Shown piece after piece: positions 25,301-39,300 of a stretch of 64,000 nt of DNA. The position numbers and the translations under genes were made by a program. The DNA comes from Cycas panzhihuaensis. Lineage: Eukaryota; Plantae; Cycadophyta. A model generated the notes under the pieces. That model did no database searches, was not told where the DNA came from, and worked only from the letters and a program-made list of their open reading frames with translations. Position 1 is the stretch's first letter. Every line of letters starts with the position of its first letter. The stretch is from NCBI GenBank assembly GCA_023213395.1, contig CM041465.1:210125741-210189740 (forward strand), read 5' to 3'.

Positions 25301-27067
25301 ATAACTAATAAAAGTTAGAAACTAAATACACAAGAAAGATTGAAACATATTTATAATAAGCAAATGCTTACAATCATACATGACATCTACCAAGGGTGAC
25401 AATATTTACTAAGTAACAAATTCTTAATCAAGTTAGATCATGATAGCCTTAAGTATTTCCTTAATCAAAGATCCTTATCAAATAAATAATAAAAATAGGT
25501 AAGTTATAATCCTTTGATTATGACATCATCTATAAGAAGGGAAAGGACAATATGGTTGCATATAAATTATCTAAGTTTCTAGAATAATTGGCATACTAGG
25601 CTATCTTAGTGGTTAAACCCACCTAAACATAAGAATTGACACAAGAATACAAGGAAGATTTAACATCACAACAGATACTCCAGAAGATTTAAGAAGGAAT
25701 ATAGATAGATTACAAATTATAGAATGATTTAATATTATATTAAAGGAAGATTTTCATCTTACATACTTCATCACTCAAACAAAAGTTCCTCTAAGAAGGT
25801 CATACAATATTAACGATAAGACAAAGAGGCCTTGATAAAACACATCACCAAATTCATTATATATATATTTAGAAAGGATTGAAGGTAAATATCTACAAGT
25901 TCATTTCTAAATGTGACACTTGTAAAAGAAATAAAAGCAACAACATCAGAATTCTAAGATTATTTCAACCGTTATATGTGCCAGAAAAAAAAAAGGGAAG
26001 AAATATCAATGGATTTTATTACCATCCTGCCTAGATTATGGGTCAAATATTCCATATTTATTGTAGTAGATTGATTGACCAAATATGCATACTTCAATAC
26101 ATACAATCCACAATTAAGACTAGCTAGGTTATTAATTTATTTGTTAAAGAAATCCAGAGACTGCATGGTTTTTCCAAGGTTATAGTAAATAATGATGACC
26201 CAAAATTCACAAGCAGCTTTTGTCAAGAGATGGTCTGATAAATAGGAACCAAGCTCATGATGAACATATCATAACATCTCCTAATAGATGGATAGATGGA
26301 AGTAATAAATAAGTGTTTAGAACACTATTTATGAACTTTTTATCTAATAAGCAACAACACTAACATAAGTGGTTATAACTTGTTGAATGGTGATACAACA
26401 CTACCTATCATGCATTAGTTAAAAATGATATATTTTTAAGCACTTTATACATATAAGCCTCCATCTCTCCTTATATATCCTAGTAACTCTAATATACCCA
26501 TTATACAGGATTAACAATAATAAATTGCTCAAACATTACAAATTTTAAAAGACAATCTAAACTTAGCAAGGAATTGTGTGAAGTAATAAGCTAATTTGCA
26601 CAGATCTAAAAGTTCATTTTAGAGAGAAAATTGGGTATTTTTAAGGCTTCAACCATGTAAATAATCTACCCTACAATATACAAGGAGACAAAAATTATAA
26701 CCATAATTTTACGAGCCTTATAAGATCTTTGAAAGGATAGGAGAAGTAGTTTATAGGCTCGATGTATTGCCATCCAACAAAGTATATAATATGTTCCACA
26801 TTTCCTATCTCAAACCAAAGTTAGGATAAACCATAATAGTACAATAAGAATTTTCAATACTAGATGAAGAAGGGAAGTTAACTGTAGAACATAAAAGCAT
26901 CCTCCATATATAGACGAAACAATTTTGATCTAAGGAGATTCAAGGGTATTTGATCAAATGGAAGAACCTTGATAAAGAACACACTACATGGTAATTCAAA
27001 GAATAGTACCAACAGCATTCTCACATCCTCATGCTTTAAGGGCAAAGCATGTTGTCAGATGGGGACT

Positions 27068-27564
27068 TATAATATGTCCTTTCTCTCTTCTAAAACAAAC
27101 TTCTATTCATGATAGTTATTACATCTATTTACTTTCTATTTAAAAAATTGGTTTTCTCTCTTCTAAAATTGACTTTAAATTTATAATAGTTATTATATCT
27201 ATGTACTCTCTATTTAAAAAACTGATTTCCATTCATGGAATTTGTTACATCTATATATAAAGGTTCTTGTCCCATTTGTAATCATCATTTTTGGAAGAAA
27301 TTCTAATCTACCATTTTTGGCTTCTAGTTGGAGACTACAGCTGGAGAACAACTTACCTCGAAGAGGGGGTTTTCTATAAGATTCAATGATTATTACTTTT
27401 ATTTGATACTATTTGATTTGCAAGGATTATTTAGTGTATTTTAAGAATTTTATTTCTGATTTATGCATTTGTGGATCTTTATTATTGTTATAAATTACTT
27501 TTAAATAACATATCTCTATGTTATTTTGTTAATTTTGGTGTGAGTTTTAGTTGGAGTTTCCACA
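27068..27564 (+). repeat. 3' LTR
   Basis: Matches 21858-22349. Confidence 0.88.
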
Positions 27565-28489
27565 CAAAGTAGGTGGAAATAAGGTTGGTAAAGAGGAACT
27601 TAAGTTAGGTTATAAATATATAAGACATATGTGCCATACTTGCGCCTATAAATAGAAAACTTCACCTTATAATTGAAATCTCTCTCAATAAGCCCTTAGG
27701 CTACCTCCCCTTATAAGTTAGCTTATTTCTTATTTTATCATAATCTGGCCCAATGATTATACCCAATCACTAACTTAAATTTCTTTATTCCTAACTATAT
27801 ATTATAGGTTAGAATTAATCTGTCGCTAGTTGGAATTAGGTTATTGTAGTATGAGTGAGTGATTCTCCTTTAAGTTATGAAAGAGTCACAACTCGCTCTT
27901 AAGAAGAACTAATTTAAATATATTCATTAATCTAAAGTAATACAAAGAGATGCAACCTTTATCTTGATGGTTAGTAATGGTATCAAAATTATATGTAAGA
28001 GAGAATAGAGTGACATTGATGGAGGTCCTAACATTGATCTAATAAGCTTAGAAAGCTTCTCCCAAATGGCTAATGTCTTTATAATATTGTTATTGAGGTT
28101 CATGAATAGGGTTGGAATGAGGTTACAATAGAGGTTGCTATGGGAATTCCCAAGGGAATTCACACCTTGACCATAAATAACATTCACACATAAGATATTT
28201 GCATAGGTAATTAAGTAAATAAAAGTAACTATTGAGAAGAAATTATGACACCCATTATTTTATAACATCAATTAGACAGAATATCAAGTGAAATAATAAC
28301 AACTATACAAATGATGCCAAAACTTATAGTAAATAAGTAGAGTAAAATGTGCCCATTTTGAAGCAAGGCATCCTCCCAAGATCCAATCCTTAAGGCTAAA
28401 AGTATGGCAGATTAAAATTTAAAACTAATGATGAAACCCTAAGCCAGAAAGTATATATATAGGTGGCCAGGTCTATATTAATGGATTTG

Positions 28490-28640
28490 GCCAGAATAAT
28501 TAATTAAAGTCAACCATAGTAATAAGTAAAGTCAACTAGAATGATTAATTAAAGTTAACCAGAATACTGAATAAATTTGACTAGAATATAGCTAAAACGA
28601 TTAATAAAAGCTAATTAGACTATATAATGAAGTTAACTAG
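28490..28640. repeat. Degenerate ~23-bp tandem repeat (CCAGAATAATTAATTAAAGTCAA-like), about 5 copies
   Basis: Recurring AAAGTCAAC/AAAGTTAAC followed by AGAAT. Confidence 0.6.
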
Positions 28641-31600
28641 ACTTTTGGAGTAAGAATGCCATAGTTGTTAGGGTTTATAAGGTTCATGCTTAAAGGGCTT
28701 AGGCGGTGCTACATGTTATGGAGGCTCCCTAGGTAGATGTCCCTCCATTTAATCCATCCTTAGCAGATGATGGCATAATTGTAGAATGGATTTATAATTT
28801 CAAACTAGTGTTTCCACGTAAATTCTTTTGTCTTGAAGATCCTTTTGTGGTATGGGAGATTGAATCAATATTTATCCTTTTTCAAGGGGAGTATTTAAGG
28901 TGAAGATATGCCTAGTTGAAGACCTCACACATAGTTTCAAGCTTTTCTTCTTACAGGGTCAAGTCTTCTCCTTGGGCTTGCCCTTTTGATCCTTTAGCCT
29001 TCTTGATTTTCGATTGGTTCTCTTCTTGTACTTGATCTATTTCCTGTAAGCAAGTTTTTTCTCTTGTACTATTTACATCCCCCATTTTCCCTGCCTAGTT
29101 TAGTCTTTAGAGAGGTTTTTTATTATGTTGGGGTCTTGTTCCCTTCTAAAGCTTGTGTGTTCTTGCATCTTTATTGGGTTGGTGGGAGTCTCAATCTAGT
29201 ATCTTTCCATTCTTGGGGTTACTACCTTTTCCCATTTGGTTGGGCTCCCAATCTTGGGATTTGCAATGAGCTAGGGGTGGAAGTGTGGGGGTTATGGGGT
29301 GGGTGGAGGATGTGGCATTCTCTAGCATCGCTACAGTATTCTAGCTTAGATTGCCTAAATTGGGCCCTTTGGGTTGATGTTAGTCTTCCCTTTAGGGATT
29401 TTTTTAGAGGGGTTGTGAGGTGTTTTCTTTGCTTTTTGTGCGATGTTTATGTTTAGGGTATGGTTTTCTTCAACTTCTTTTTATGATATTTGGTTCTTTT
29501 TGTGGTGGTGCAAGTTGGTTGAGGTGTTTAACATGGCAACAAATCTATTAAAATTGGGTATGGTATACTGGTGGCCAAGTCTGTTGTCACCTCCTATGAA
29601 AGCAAGTCCTCTATATGCTTGGTTAGGGTAGTTCCAAGGCTATGTTGTTCTTTGGTTGCTAACAAAAGCGTCTTAGTCGTTCAATGATTGGGATGTGGGT
29701 GCTTTCATTAGGTTTACATGCCTACTCTGCAATTAAGAGGCTTTTGTGGTTGTACTTGACCATTGCTTCTTCATGATAACTTTGTGGATAATGATGATGA
29801 TCACATCTGGACACCGAGGATTTGGGTTTCTTAGTGGATGGATTGATTATATTTCTCATACTCAAATCGATGATGTGGAGGTCGAGATGCAATTGGATCG
29901 GCATTGCCTCTTATATTTCTGAGTTAGGGCCTCAGATCCGTAGTGTAATTATTATGAAGCTTTTGGTTTGGCATAATCTGCTACAATCTGAAGGCATATC
30001 AAATCGTGAGAACTTTAATGTACAATTCTCAGATCAATGACGTCAAGAAGGTTCTGATCGATTCTACGCCATAATTGGCGAGTTGCCATTTTTATTTCGA
30101 TTAACATTCTTTGATTTAACATTGTAAATTTTGCTCTTCATTAAGAGTATGAATATTGGCTTTGAGTAGCATCTACTTAGGGAGGTGGGAAGTTTCAACA
30201 TTTCACATATAGATTAACTCTTCTATAGGGTTCAAAGTTGGTGGACGTTGGTGTAGAGCATTGGTGGCCAAGTTTATTAATCTTTCTCAGCGAAAGTGAG
30301 TTCCACATAATCTGAATGGGGTAGTCTTGGAACTCACTCTTTAGATGCTAGTAATATCTAATTCAAGTCCTTTGTAACTAGGGTGTAGGTTCTCCCACTA
30401 CTATTGTTTTTGCTCCTGCTTTGCGATTATTATAGTTCTTAGTAAATCCTTTCTTCTTGGCAATTTCAACTATGTTGTGTTTCATTCAAGGGATGATATT
30501 AAGTTGTGAAACTTTGTGATCTTGGGTGAATAGGATTTAACCTCTATTTAACATACTTGAGACCTATTTGGTTACCCATCCTAAGCTTTCTTGGGAGACT
30601 TAATGTTAATTGATGTTGTTTTCCCCAAAATAGATGAGGCCAAGTGTGATCCTTTGATAGCTTTTAGTAGATTAGCTTGTCATTTTCTATGGCATCTTAT
30701 GTTAAAGGGTCAATTCTACTTTACAAAGATTTTACTTATTACAAAAAAAAAAAAAAAAAAAAAGAGCCCATAATATCAATAACAAGTAAAGAAATAACCC
30801 CATAAGTTATTTTTTGCATGGTATTTCTTGAATTTTAAGATCTAATTCAAATCTATAATTTTGAGAGTAATTTTATCTTTGAAAGCTTGTGGAATGGACA
30901 AAGTCAAACAATTTAGTTTTTAAGTTAATTAATAATAGTTAATGAAGAAGCATGTGCATTTGATTTTTGAAAGTGATACTCTATTTTACAAGGTGTTTTT
31001 AAAACTTATTTATTACTTAGTATATTATTCAAAAAAAAATCATCATGAATTTTGTATTTTGTAAAAGTTCAATTATATGCAAGATACAAATTACTTATAA
31101 ATGATAACATGAAGAAGAGTCAATAATAACTAATCCTTAATAGGACCAAATTTCCTACTTTACATTCTCATGGTGGAAGCTAATTAGCATATGACATTAA
31201 TATATTCAATGGGACCTTATATGCCTTTAGTAAGGGCATATTAAATTACTTATAATAGTTGATTGTTGAAGAAGCACTAGGTTCTACTTCTAACATACGA
31301 AGAAGTAATCATTTTCATTTAAGGCTCTTATTGTAGATATTATGTAATGTTCTATTATTGGCCTTCCCTTCTAGATATCTCTTGAGTAGTGATTGAGCAA
31401 TGAGGGCATATGGCATCATTTGTATCCACATCTTAATATTTATTGTTACTTTATACAATTTAATGAACTAGTTCATTATTAGAGAATCAATGGCTTCTAT
31501 GCCAATAATATAAGTCAATGATCATTTTCAATTAAATATGAGGCTATTTTAATAAACATTATGTAATTTTCTTCCATTGCCTCTCTATTTTAGATAATAA

Positions 31601-31863
31601 TCGAATAATGTATTTAATAGTAATAAATGGATTTTATCTTATTCAGAGTTTGATGAGGGGGTCATGATTGTACACATCAATATGGGAATGATGAGTGCTT
31701 GTCTCTTAATCAATAAGAACCCTTAGCATTATTCCTTTTGTGCTTGTTAGTGAGAAAGTTTGAGAGGTTACTTCTCTAGTTATTTATTTAATTTTTCATA
31801 AATGAAATAAGTTTGTAAGATTTATTTACAAATGAAGACAATAGTAAGAAGATCATATTAGGA

Positions 31864-31865
<2 letters not shown>

Positions 31866-31899
<34 letters not shown>
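31866..31899. repeat. (AC)17 microsatellite
   Basis: Read directly from the sequence. Confidence 0.95.
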
Positions 31900-31900
<1 letters not shown>

Positions 31901-33589
31901 AAAAATATGGGAATGATGTAAATAGTTAAGATAATTTTCTATGTCGTCTAAAGCTTGAGACAATATTATACTCTTGTCTACTTGAAGTGGCAAAAAAACT
32001 TAGACATTATAATTTCAAAAAGTGTTTCCAACTAGTAAGAATTATTTTTTCAACGTTTTGTGTGAAATTTCAATTATATTAACTTGGGCCATTGATAAGG
32101 TTTTAAAAGAACTCTAGAAGTTCTATACTAAATAAAAAAGTGTACTTCATTTCGTTTCTTATGGAAAGGTTGGTTTCTTTTACTAAAAGCCATGATTTTT
32201 CCTCTCACCAAAACTTGAGAGGGTTTATTTCCTTATTAAAGGGTGGTGGTAGTTCTTAGTACTTTTTCTTATCAATGATTTTATATAAAACATGAGCATA
32301 TGACACCTAATTACCCTACCAGACTCCACCTAATGTCACATCATTCAACATTCTAATAATCTAAAGCCTAATCCTTGTAATTTATGGATAACCCAAACAT
32401 ATGGATATGGAGATCCCCAACTTAGTTCATTACATCAAATTAATAGAGAAGGTAGGTCAAATGGCTTCCCTTAATAGAGATAAGACATAACTCCACTCAA
32501 TTTACCACATGTCTAGAAAAATGTCTTTGTTCAAAGTTTTATAGGGGCTTGAGTCTATGCTAATTAATTAAAGATTGGGTGGTCTATAGAACAATGCTAT
32601 TAATAGCAATACTTCTGTCTCATAAATAGTTAATGACACTTCTTTGAGAAGTTATCTTCTTTTAATGTTCAAATATATGTTATTAATTTAAATTTTGATA
32701 AGCTCATGTATGTGAATGCCCCTTGTCTATACTTTTATCAAGATACATTGACTTAATTTAATCAACATTCAATCTGATTCAAAGGTTGACATCTTGTAAT
32801 TGAGCATCTATCTATCTAGTGTTGTTGATTCTCGATAGTTCTAATTAAACACCCTTAAACTTTGATGCTGCCAAGAAAAGTTTTACAAAGACACTTTACA
32901 TACATTGTCTAAGATTAAACCAAAAACCTACAACAATAATGAACTCATAAAGAGGGTGCTAAAATACATGTTTTGAATAAAGCACTACATCCTTATTGAA
33001 TAATGTTTTTGGACTTGCCATTTAATCAAAATTAGAGCCCAACCACACACATTTTGAAACGTCATAAAACTGTCATGGCTTCATATTCTGAATGCTTGAA
33101 ATATTTATACATACATCCTAAGTCTTGTATGTGGAAAACACATACGTAGAAGACCTTTTTTTTCTTTTTCCCTTTCACATTGATATTGGTCTTTGCATAT
33201 GTATGTGTACTATTTTATCTTTTATTTTTAAGTAAAGGATTTAAAGGTTTAAAATGATTTCCTTTTAACATGGCATTTTGATGAGTGAGGTGGAATGCTT
33301 GGTTAGTATATGTTAAACTAGAGTTTGATAAGATTTAGGGCATAGGTTCAAATTCACTAGAGTTGAGACCTTTTATATACATATACATACCTATTAATTC
33401 CCTTTTTATTTTATCTTCTTTTAGTTTTTATAAAGAAAGTTTATTAACTTTGTATTTTGATGTTAAAAAAAAATCAATTAAAGCTTATTTTCCATCTTTT
33501 TAGAGTTGCATTTTTTATTTAATTGGGCCACTAGTTTAACTTAAGACACATTCACATTCATAGTTTTATTTTCATACAAATTTAAGTAT

Positions 33590-36292
33590 TACTTCAATGT
33601 TATTCAACGAAAAATCAAGGTTCAAGAAAAATGCAATAAATTTTACGGTTTGGAAATCTGATTTTCGGTTGAGGAGATATAACTGAAAATATAAGTAGTA
33701 CTTTTTATGTAAATATGTTAAAAAATACTAAAGTGTTACTTTCACTGATTAAAATAATTATTAAATCAAATCCAAAAAAATAAAATGAGTAGACAGTGAT
33801 GAAGTTTTCTGAAAATAGATTGCAGCGGAGTAGATCCGGGCAAAAAATGATCTCTTGGTAATAAAGGATAATATGGTAAATAAGGGAATTTGTAATAATG
33901 ACTCAAAATGGCTTTGAAAAAAAAAATAATTGACTATATCTCATTAAAATCAGCTCAAATCGATTCCAAATATGGTAAATAACCAGTCTAAACTATAGCC
34001 CACAAAATTTTAGACTCAACGGGACAGGTTTTGTCAGAAACCGATACCCTAGCGAGAAGATATTGTAGAAAATAGCTAGGTACCTTATGTTTTAAGGGAA
34101 ATTTAAAAAAAAAATAAAAATAAAAAATTTATAAGTTTGAAATTGGGCTCTTTTAACAGAATAGCTAAAGTCACATGGATTGATGTGACCAGGGGCTAAC
34201 ACCTTTAGGGGGGGGCTTAAACTTTATTAAAAGGATTTAAAAAGATTATAAAGAATGATTAAATTTAACAAAACATTATGTTAACAAAGTAAAAAAAAAA
34301 AAAACGTTGAAATACTGGATATGAGTGGTGGCCAAAGAGATAGTACTGTGACAAAAATAAAATAAAATTTCCTATTTAAATTCCAGATCTAAGCTGCAGT
34401 ATGCACACAGAGGGTGTTTGAGTAGGTAAATTCTAATTTTACAAAAAAAATTCAAAAAAATTCAAGGAAAGTAAATGAGAAATTGAAGAAAAACCTGCGA
34501 AATAGAGGTTGAATCGTTTTGGAGGCTGGATCTCTCTCTGCAAGTCACGGAATGAGATAAAAATTGACAAGCAACAAGGTGTCTTGGGCAGCCAGGTGTG
34601 AGTAAAATTTTACGACGATCTGTTATTTGTGCACTGAGAACGAGCCTGCAGACCGAATCGGAGTTAAATAGAGTAACAGTTGATTAAGATGAAAAATTTA
34701 ACTAAACAATTAATGAAATCTCAAACTGTTTCTTTCACTAGCTCACTAACTCAATAAAGATCACAACAAGTGGTCACTTGCAAGGGTTTCAAGTGCTAGA
34801 TTTGCTGCACAAGCTTGCCGAATCAAGGATATCAAGTCACCTAAAAAATAAACTTGAAAAATAAACGTAAAATGAAAAAATATTTTTTTAATCTAATAAA
34901 CGATTAAACACCTTCAGAAACTGACCAGATGTGGGTTCATAGGGTCTACAGAGGTAGATCAATAAAATATCTATTAAAAAAATATAATTTATATATAAAA
35001 AAAAAATGTCAACAGAAGGAGCAATTGGAGGAAAAACTTCAGTAGGTTAGATCTCACCAATGGAGAAACGAAATCTGACAAAACTGGAGGAGTAACTCAA
35101 TATAGTTGATGGAAAGATTCTTATCAAATTTCATGACAAACAGGTGTTTATACGCAAAGAATGAAGCTCTGGTTCCCAGGGAGGTCGTACACCTTTATGG
35201 AGATCGTGCGGCCCAAGAAATGCTTAAAATTAGTTTGAACTTGGTTAGTCTATCTTGTATTAGACTTGCACCTCTATCACAAAAAAAATCTGATGAAAAA
35301 CAAACCAAAACGAGCAAATGAGAGAAGGGGCAGTGGGTTTTTACTACAAAAAAAAGAAGAAGAAGCCAAAGCTTCTGGGAGGGAGATCTCTTCGTCAAAG
35401 TATCAAAAATCAAAACCGCCAAACCTAGTGCGGAGTTGACTCAGAGAGCTTCGAAATGACTGGTAATTTGCTATTGTTTCGTTCTGCGTGAAGACTGCAC
35501 CAGCCTATAAAAACACAAGTTCCTTCCTAAACCTTGAACAAATGATAAATAAACAATAAAATCTTATAAAATATCAAACAAAATCTCAATATAACTTCTC
35601 CAAAAAACCTATTAGGCTGAATATGCAATAATTATTGCATAGATCTAAAAAAATATTGAATAAAAAGACCAAATAGATAAAAATAGTCAAATATTTAACA
35701 AAATATGCAAAATGCATTAATAAAAACTTCGTAAAGTGATGAATAATTTACCGATCATAGTTATGATCCTACACAGATCTATGAAAATATGGGTTATTTT
35801 ATAAATATAAATCAGAAATAATCAAATTTTTAATAAAAAATAATATAAGAAACTACTAATAAGCTTTATAGAAGATGAATATAACCAATATTTGGCTTGC
35901 TGTGAATAGATCTGCTTCATAAATTAATGGATCTTCTTACTTCTCAGAAAAGGACTTCAGTAGGCCAAAATCTGAGCTTTGATACCAAATGAAGGTTTGT
36001 AAAATAGAAACAGAGCAGAGCATATATCAAATAATTAAATCATTGTTGCATAAACATAATAGTCTTTGTATTCAATCCATCTTTGAGAGAGCATTACAAA
36101 TGTCCAAAAGAAGGTAGTGTCAAAAGACACCAGGGTTCCCCAGTAAAGATATAATTTGAGGGAGGAGAGAAACCTCCTCAACCTCCAAAATTTAAAATAT
36201 AATAAAATAATGCTGACATAACTTTAACCTTACCTTACTTATCTTCACATGTGTAAATGGTGGGAGTGGGGTGATGAATATTAACCCTAACA
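33590..36292 (-). mobile_element. Truncated Copia-type element: 5' LTR (35990-36292), PBS-Met (35976-35987), long leader, no gag-pol
   Basis: Minus-strand TGGTATCAAAGC next to a TGTT...CA segment; 33600-34290 is homologous to the leader block 14280-14960 of the complete Copia. Confidence 0.75.
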
Positions 36293-36347
36293 ATATTTAT
36301 CCTTTCAACTCCCTCAATAATTATTATAATAATTAAGACATTTATAC

Positions 36348-39300
36348 TTTTTTTTTTAATTAGGTATAAGAAAGAATGTTTGGTTTTAAAACAAGATCCC
36401 ACAACCTTTTACATAAAAAATCCCATCAGTCCGAATAGCAAAGTGGCCATGACAAATCCATGGAATAGTTGAACCCTCCTAAGCGGGATAACACCCTTGC
36501 CACGACAAGCCCGGTGGTTAATTCTATTGCTTCACTCTATTCCATCCTCTTCAACCCGTTTCTCATCGCTGCCATCTTGACCCTGTGGTTCATTTGGTGA
36601 CTATAGTATTTAATAAAAGCCCATATAATCTCCCCTTTTGAGTCTCTACAGATGCCCCCTCCCCCAACTTCCCCTGGGTTACCTTTCGAAGCCCCGTCGA
36701 AATTTACCTTTACCCAAGGTTCTTTTGGAGGTGTCCAACTTCTTTTCTGTTCCTTCTAGATCCTTGGGGTTATCCCCCACTTTTTTAAGATAAGGTTTTC
36801 CCTCAGTAAAATTCTTCTCTCCTCTCTGGACTTCATGTTTTCCCCCATATCTAAGGCCATTATGCTGGCAATTCTAGTCTCATCCATTTGCTTTCCTTAG
36901 AACACCCTCTTGTTCCTCTTCTTCCATAAATGCCACATTATTAGCAGAAGGGAGGCTCTCCAAATGCTAGTTAAATAGTTGCTCCTAAATGGGCTACTCC
37001 AGGCTAACCACTGATCTGTCAGATTTTTTGACGTGACCCAATATATCTCAAAGAGATCTATAATCGACCTCCACACTCCCTTAGCAAAACTACAATGGAG
37101 GAGAATGTGATATACTAACTCCTCCTCGCTGCAACAAAAGATACACCTGTTTTACATTACAAAACCTCTCTTCTTGAGATTATCCACAGTAAGAATTTTA
37201 TTTTTTAGACATGTTCACCAAAAAACCATAATCTTAGGAATCAGGTCTAATTTCTAGATCCCTTCCAAAAATGGAGACTTTCTATATCCCCTTTCGAGGC
37301 ACAAGAAATGATATCCCTATTTGATTGAATAGTCCCCAAATTATGAATATGACCATACCATAGAATCAACTATCTTTCTCTTCGAGATATAATACCTATT
37401 AATCTCCTTGGTTAAGGCTTCCAACCTTTCCTGGTCCACGTCCTCCCCTTGTAGATCCTCAAAACTTCTCCATCTTCTCTCCATCCCCTCCCCACTCTAG
37501 TAATCCTTTACGAAGGTCCCATATCTTCTTTCGTATAAGGGTTGCAAAGGGGCTAGCTCCTCCTTTCTGCTCAATTCCTCATCTCCACACCATACATCCT
37601 CCCAAAATCTTATGGTTCTCCCATCTCCCAGCTTCCATTGAACTCCAGCCTTTAACATACTTCTAGATTTTAGAATGCTCCTCCAGATGGCAGATCCACT
37701 GGAAGGAAGTCGAATCTCCTTTAAAAATTAACTCCCCTACATATATTTGTGCGACACTATCTTATCCCATGTGCCTCCTTCCATTTGGACCAATCGCAAG
37801 CCGGTCTTAGCCATGAGAGCATCATTAAATAAAGGTAATCGTCTAAGGTTAAGCCCCCCAACCCATTTTGGTTGGCAGACCTTCTCCCATTTTACCAAGT
37901 GAATTATGTCTTTCTCCTCTGATTATGACCAAAGAAATCTCTTTTGGATTGACTCCAACACCGATATCACTCGAGCCGGTACTCTGAATAATGACATCCA
38001 GTATACTAGAATACTTTAAAGTGTTGTAGCTACTAATTGTAGTTTCCCAGCCTGACTGAGAAGAGCTCCTTTCCAACCTATCAATTTCCTTTTAATCTTG
38101 TCTATAATAGGGTCCCATATATCCTTTGTCATTCCTCCCACAAATAATGGCATTCCTAAGTATATGGTCAGCAACTCCCTGATTGCCATCTCTAAGATTC
38201 TATTGATCCTCCTTTGAGTGATCTCTGGAGTGTTGATGAAGAATTCACTACTCTTATTGAAGTTTATCTTTTAATTTGTGGCTGTCTCAAACCTTTCCAA
38301 CCCATCTTTAATGGTTTGGGCTTCCCCGATTGCCACCTTGCCCAAAAATATATTATCATCCACAAATTAATGATGGACCACGTTGTCGATACCTGAAATA
38401 GGCTGTAACCCCTTGATTGCCCCACTTCTCTGGGCCTCTTCCGTAGTCTTGCCCAACATTTTTGCGATGATAATAAACAAGTAAGGGGAAAGTGGGTCCT
38501 CTTGCCTCAATCCTCTAGATCCCTAGAAGAATCTAGAGGACATGCCATTAGCAATAACAGAGAATTAGGGGTTGGAAATGCATAATTTCACCCACTCTCT
38601 CCAGATATCTCCAAATCCAAAAGCTTCTATACATTCCATAAGGCATTCCCATGAGACTCTATCATAAGCTTTCGACATATCAATTTTAATTAGCATGGCA
38701 GACTCCTTTCTTTGGTCGGTTGAGTGGTTTCATGGACAACTATTATTCCATCCAAAATCTGTCTGCTTTGTACAAAACCATCCTAATTCTTAGAAATAAT
38801 CTCCGAGAGGACCTTTTTTAATTTATTAGCTAAGACCTTTGTCAAAATCTTATACTTCATATTACAAAGGATTATGGGTCGAAAATCCTCCATCCTACTT
38901 GCCCCATCCTTCTTAGGTACCAGGACTATAAAAGTTGCTTGCCACTCTCCCAACAGCTTCTGATTCCTTTGGAACTCATGGAAAGCTTCTATCAGATCCC
39001 CTTTGATTATATCCCAAAAATCCTAGAAAAAATTGGGGGGAAAGCCATATGGACCTGGAGCTTTATCCCTTTTCATGCCGAACACAACTTCTCTTATCTC
39101 CTCCATGGTGAAAGGGGCTTCCAACTTCTCATTATGGTCATCCTTAACCAACTTTGGGATTGAGCTCAAAAAGTCCCTCCTAGCATCTCTGTCAATACAT
39201 CCCGACTCTTCAAAAAGCTCTATCAAATATTCTATAGTTGTATCCTTTAAATCTTCCAGACTATTTACTCCCTCCCCATCTTTCTTGTGGAGGTTACTTA

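Larger units (their letters stand above)
21858..27564 (+). mobile_element. Complete but heavily mutated Ty3/Gypsy chromovirus (5.7 kb)
   Basis: TSD CAAAG at 21853-21857 and 27565-27569; LTRs 21858-22349 and 27068-27564; PBS TGGTATTAGAGC ~22352; protease LVDSGNTHNFI at 23821; RT FILVFFDGILIY; INT EISMDFITILP; chromodomain YLIKWKNL; PPT ~27057-27067. Confidence 0.93.

Noticed and set aside
29064-29631. Hydrophobic Trp-rich ORFs
   Set aside because: Explained by G/T-rich low-complexity composition.
32430-33060. Possible NB-ARC remnant on the minus strand (VVGL...GKS, LILDNV, DIFLDM)
   Set aside because: Motif spacing is wrong and there are many stops; not supportable without a profile search.
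33285-33372. tRNA/SINE-like B box GGTTCAAATTC
   Set aside because: Weak A box, no cloverleaf, no TSD.
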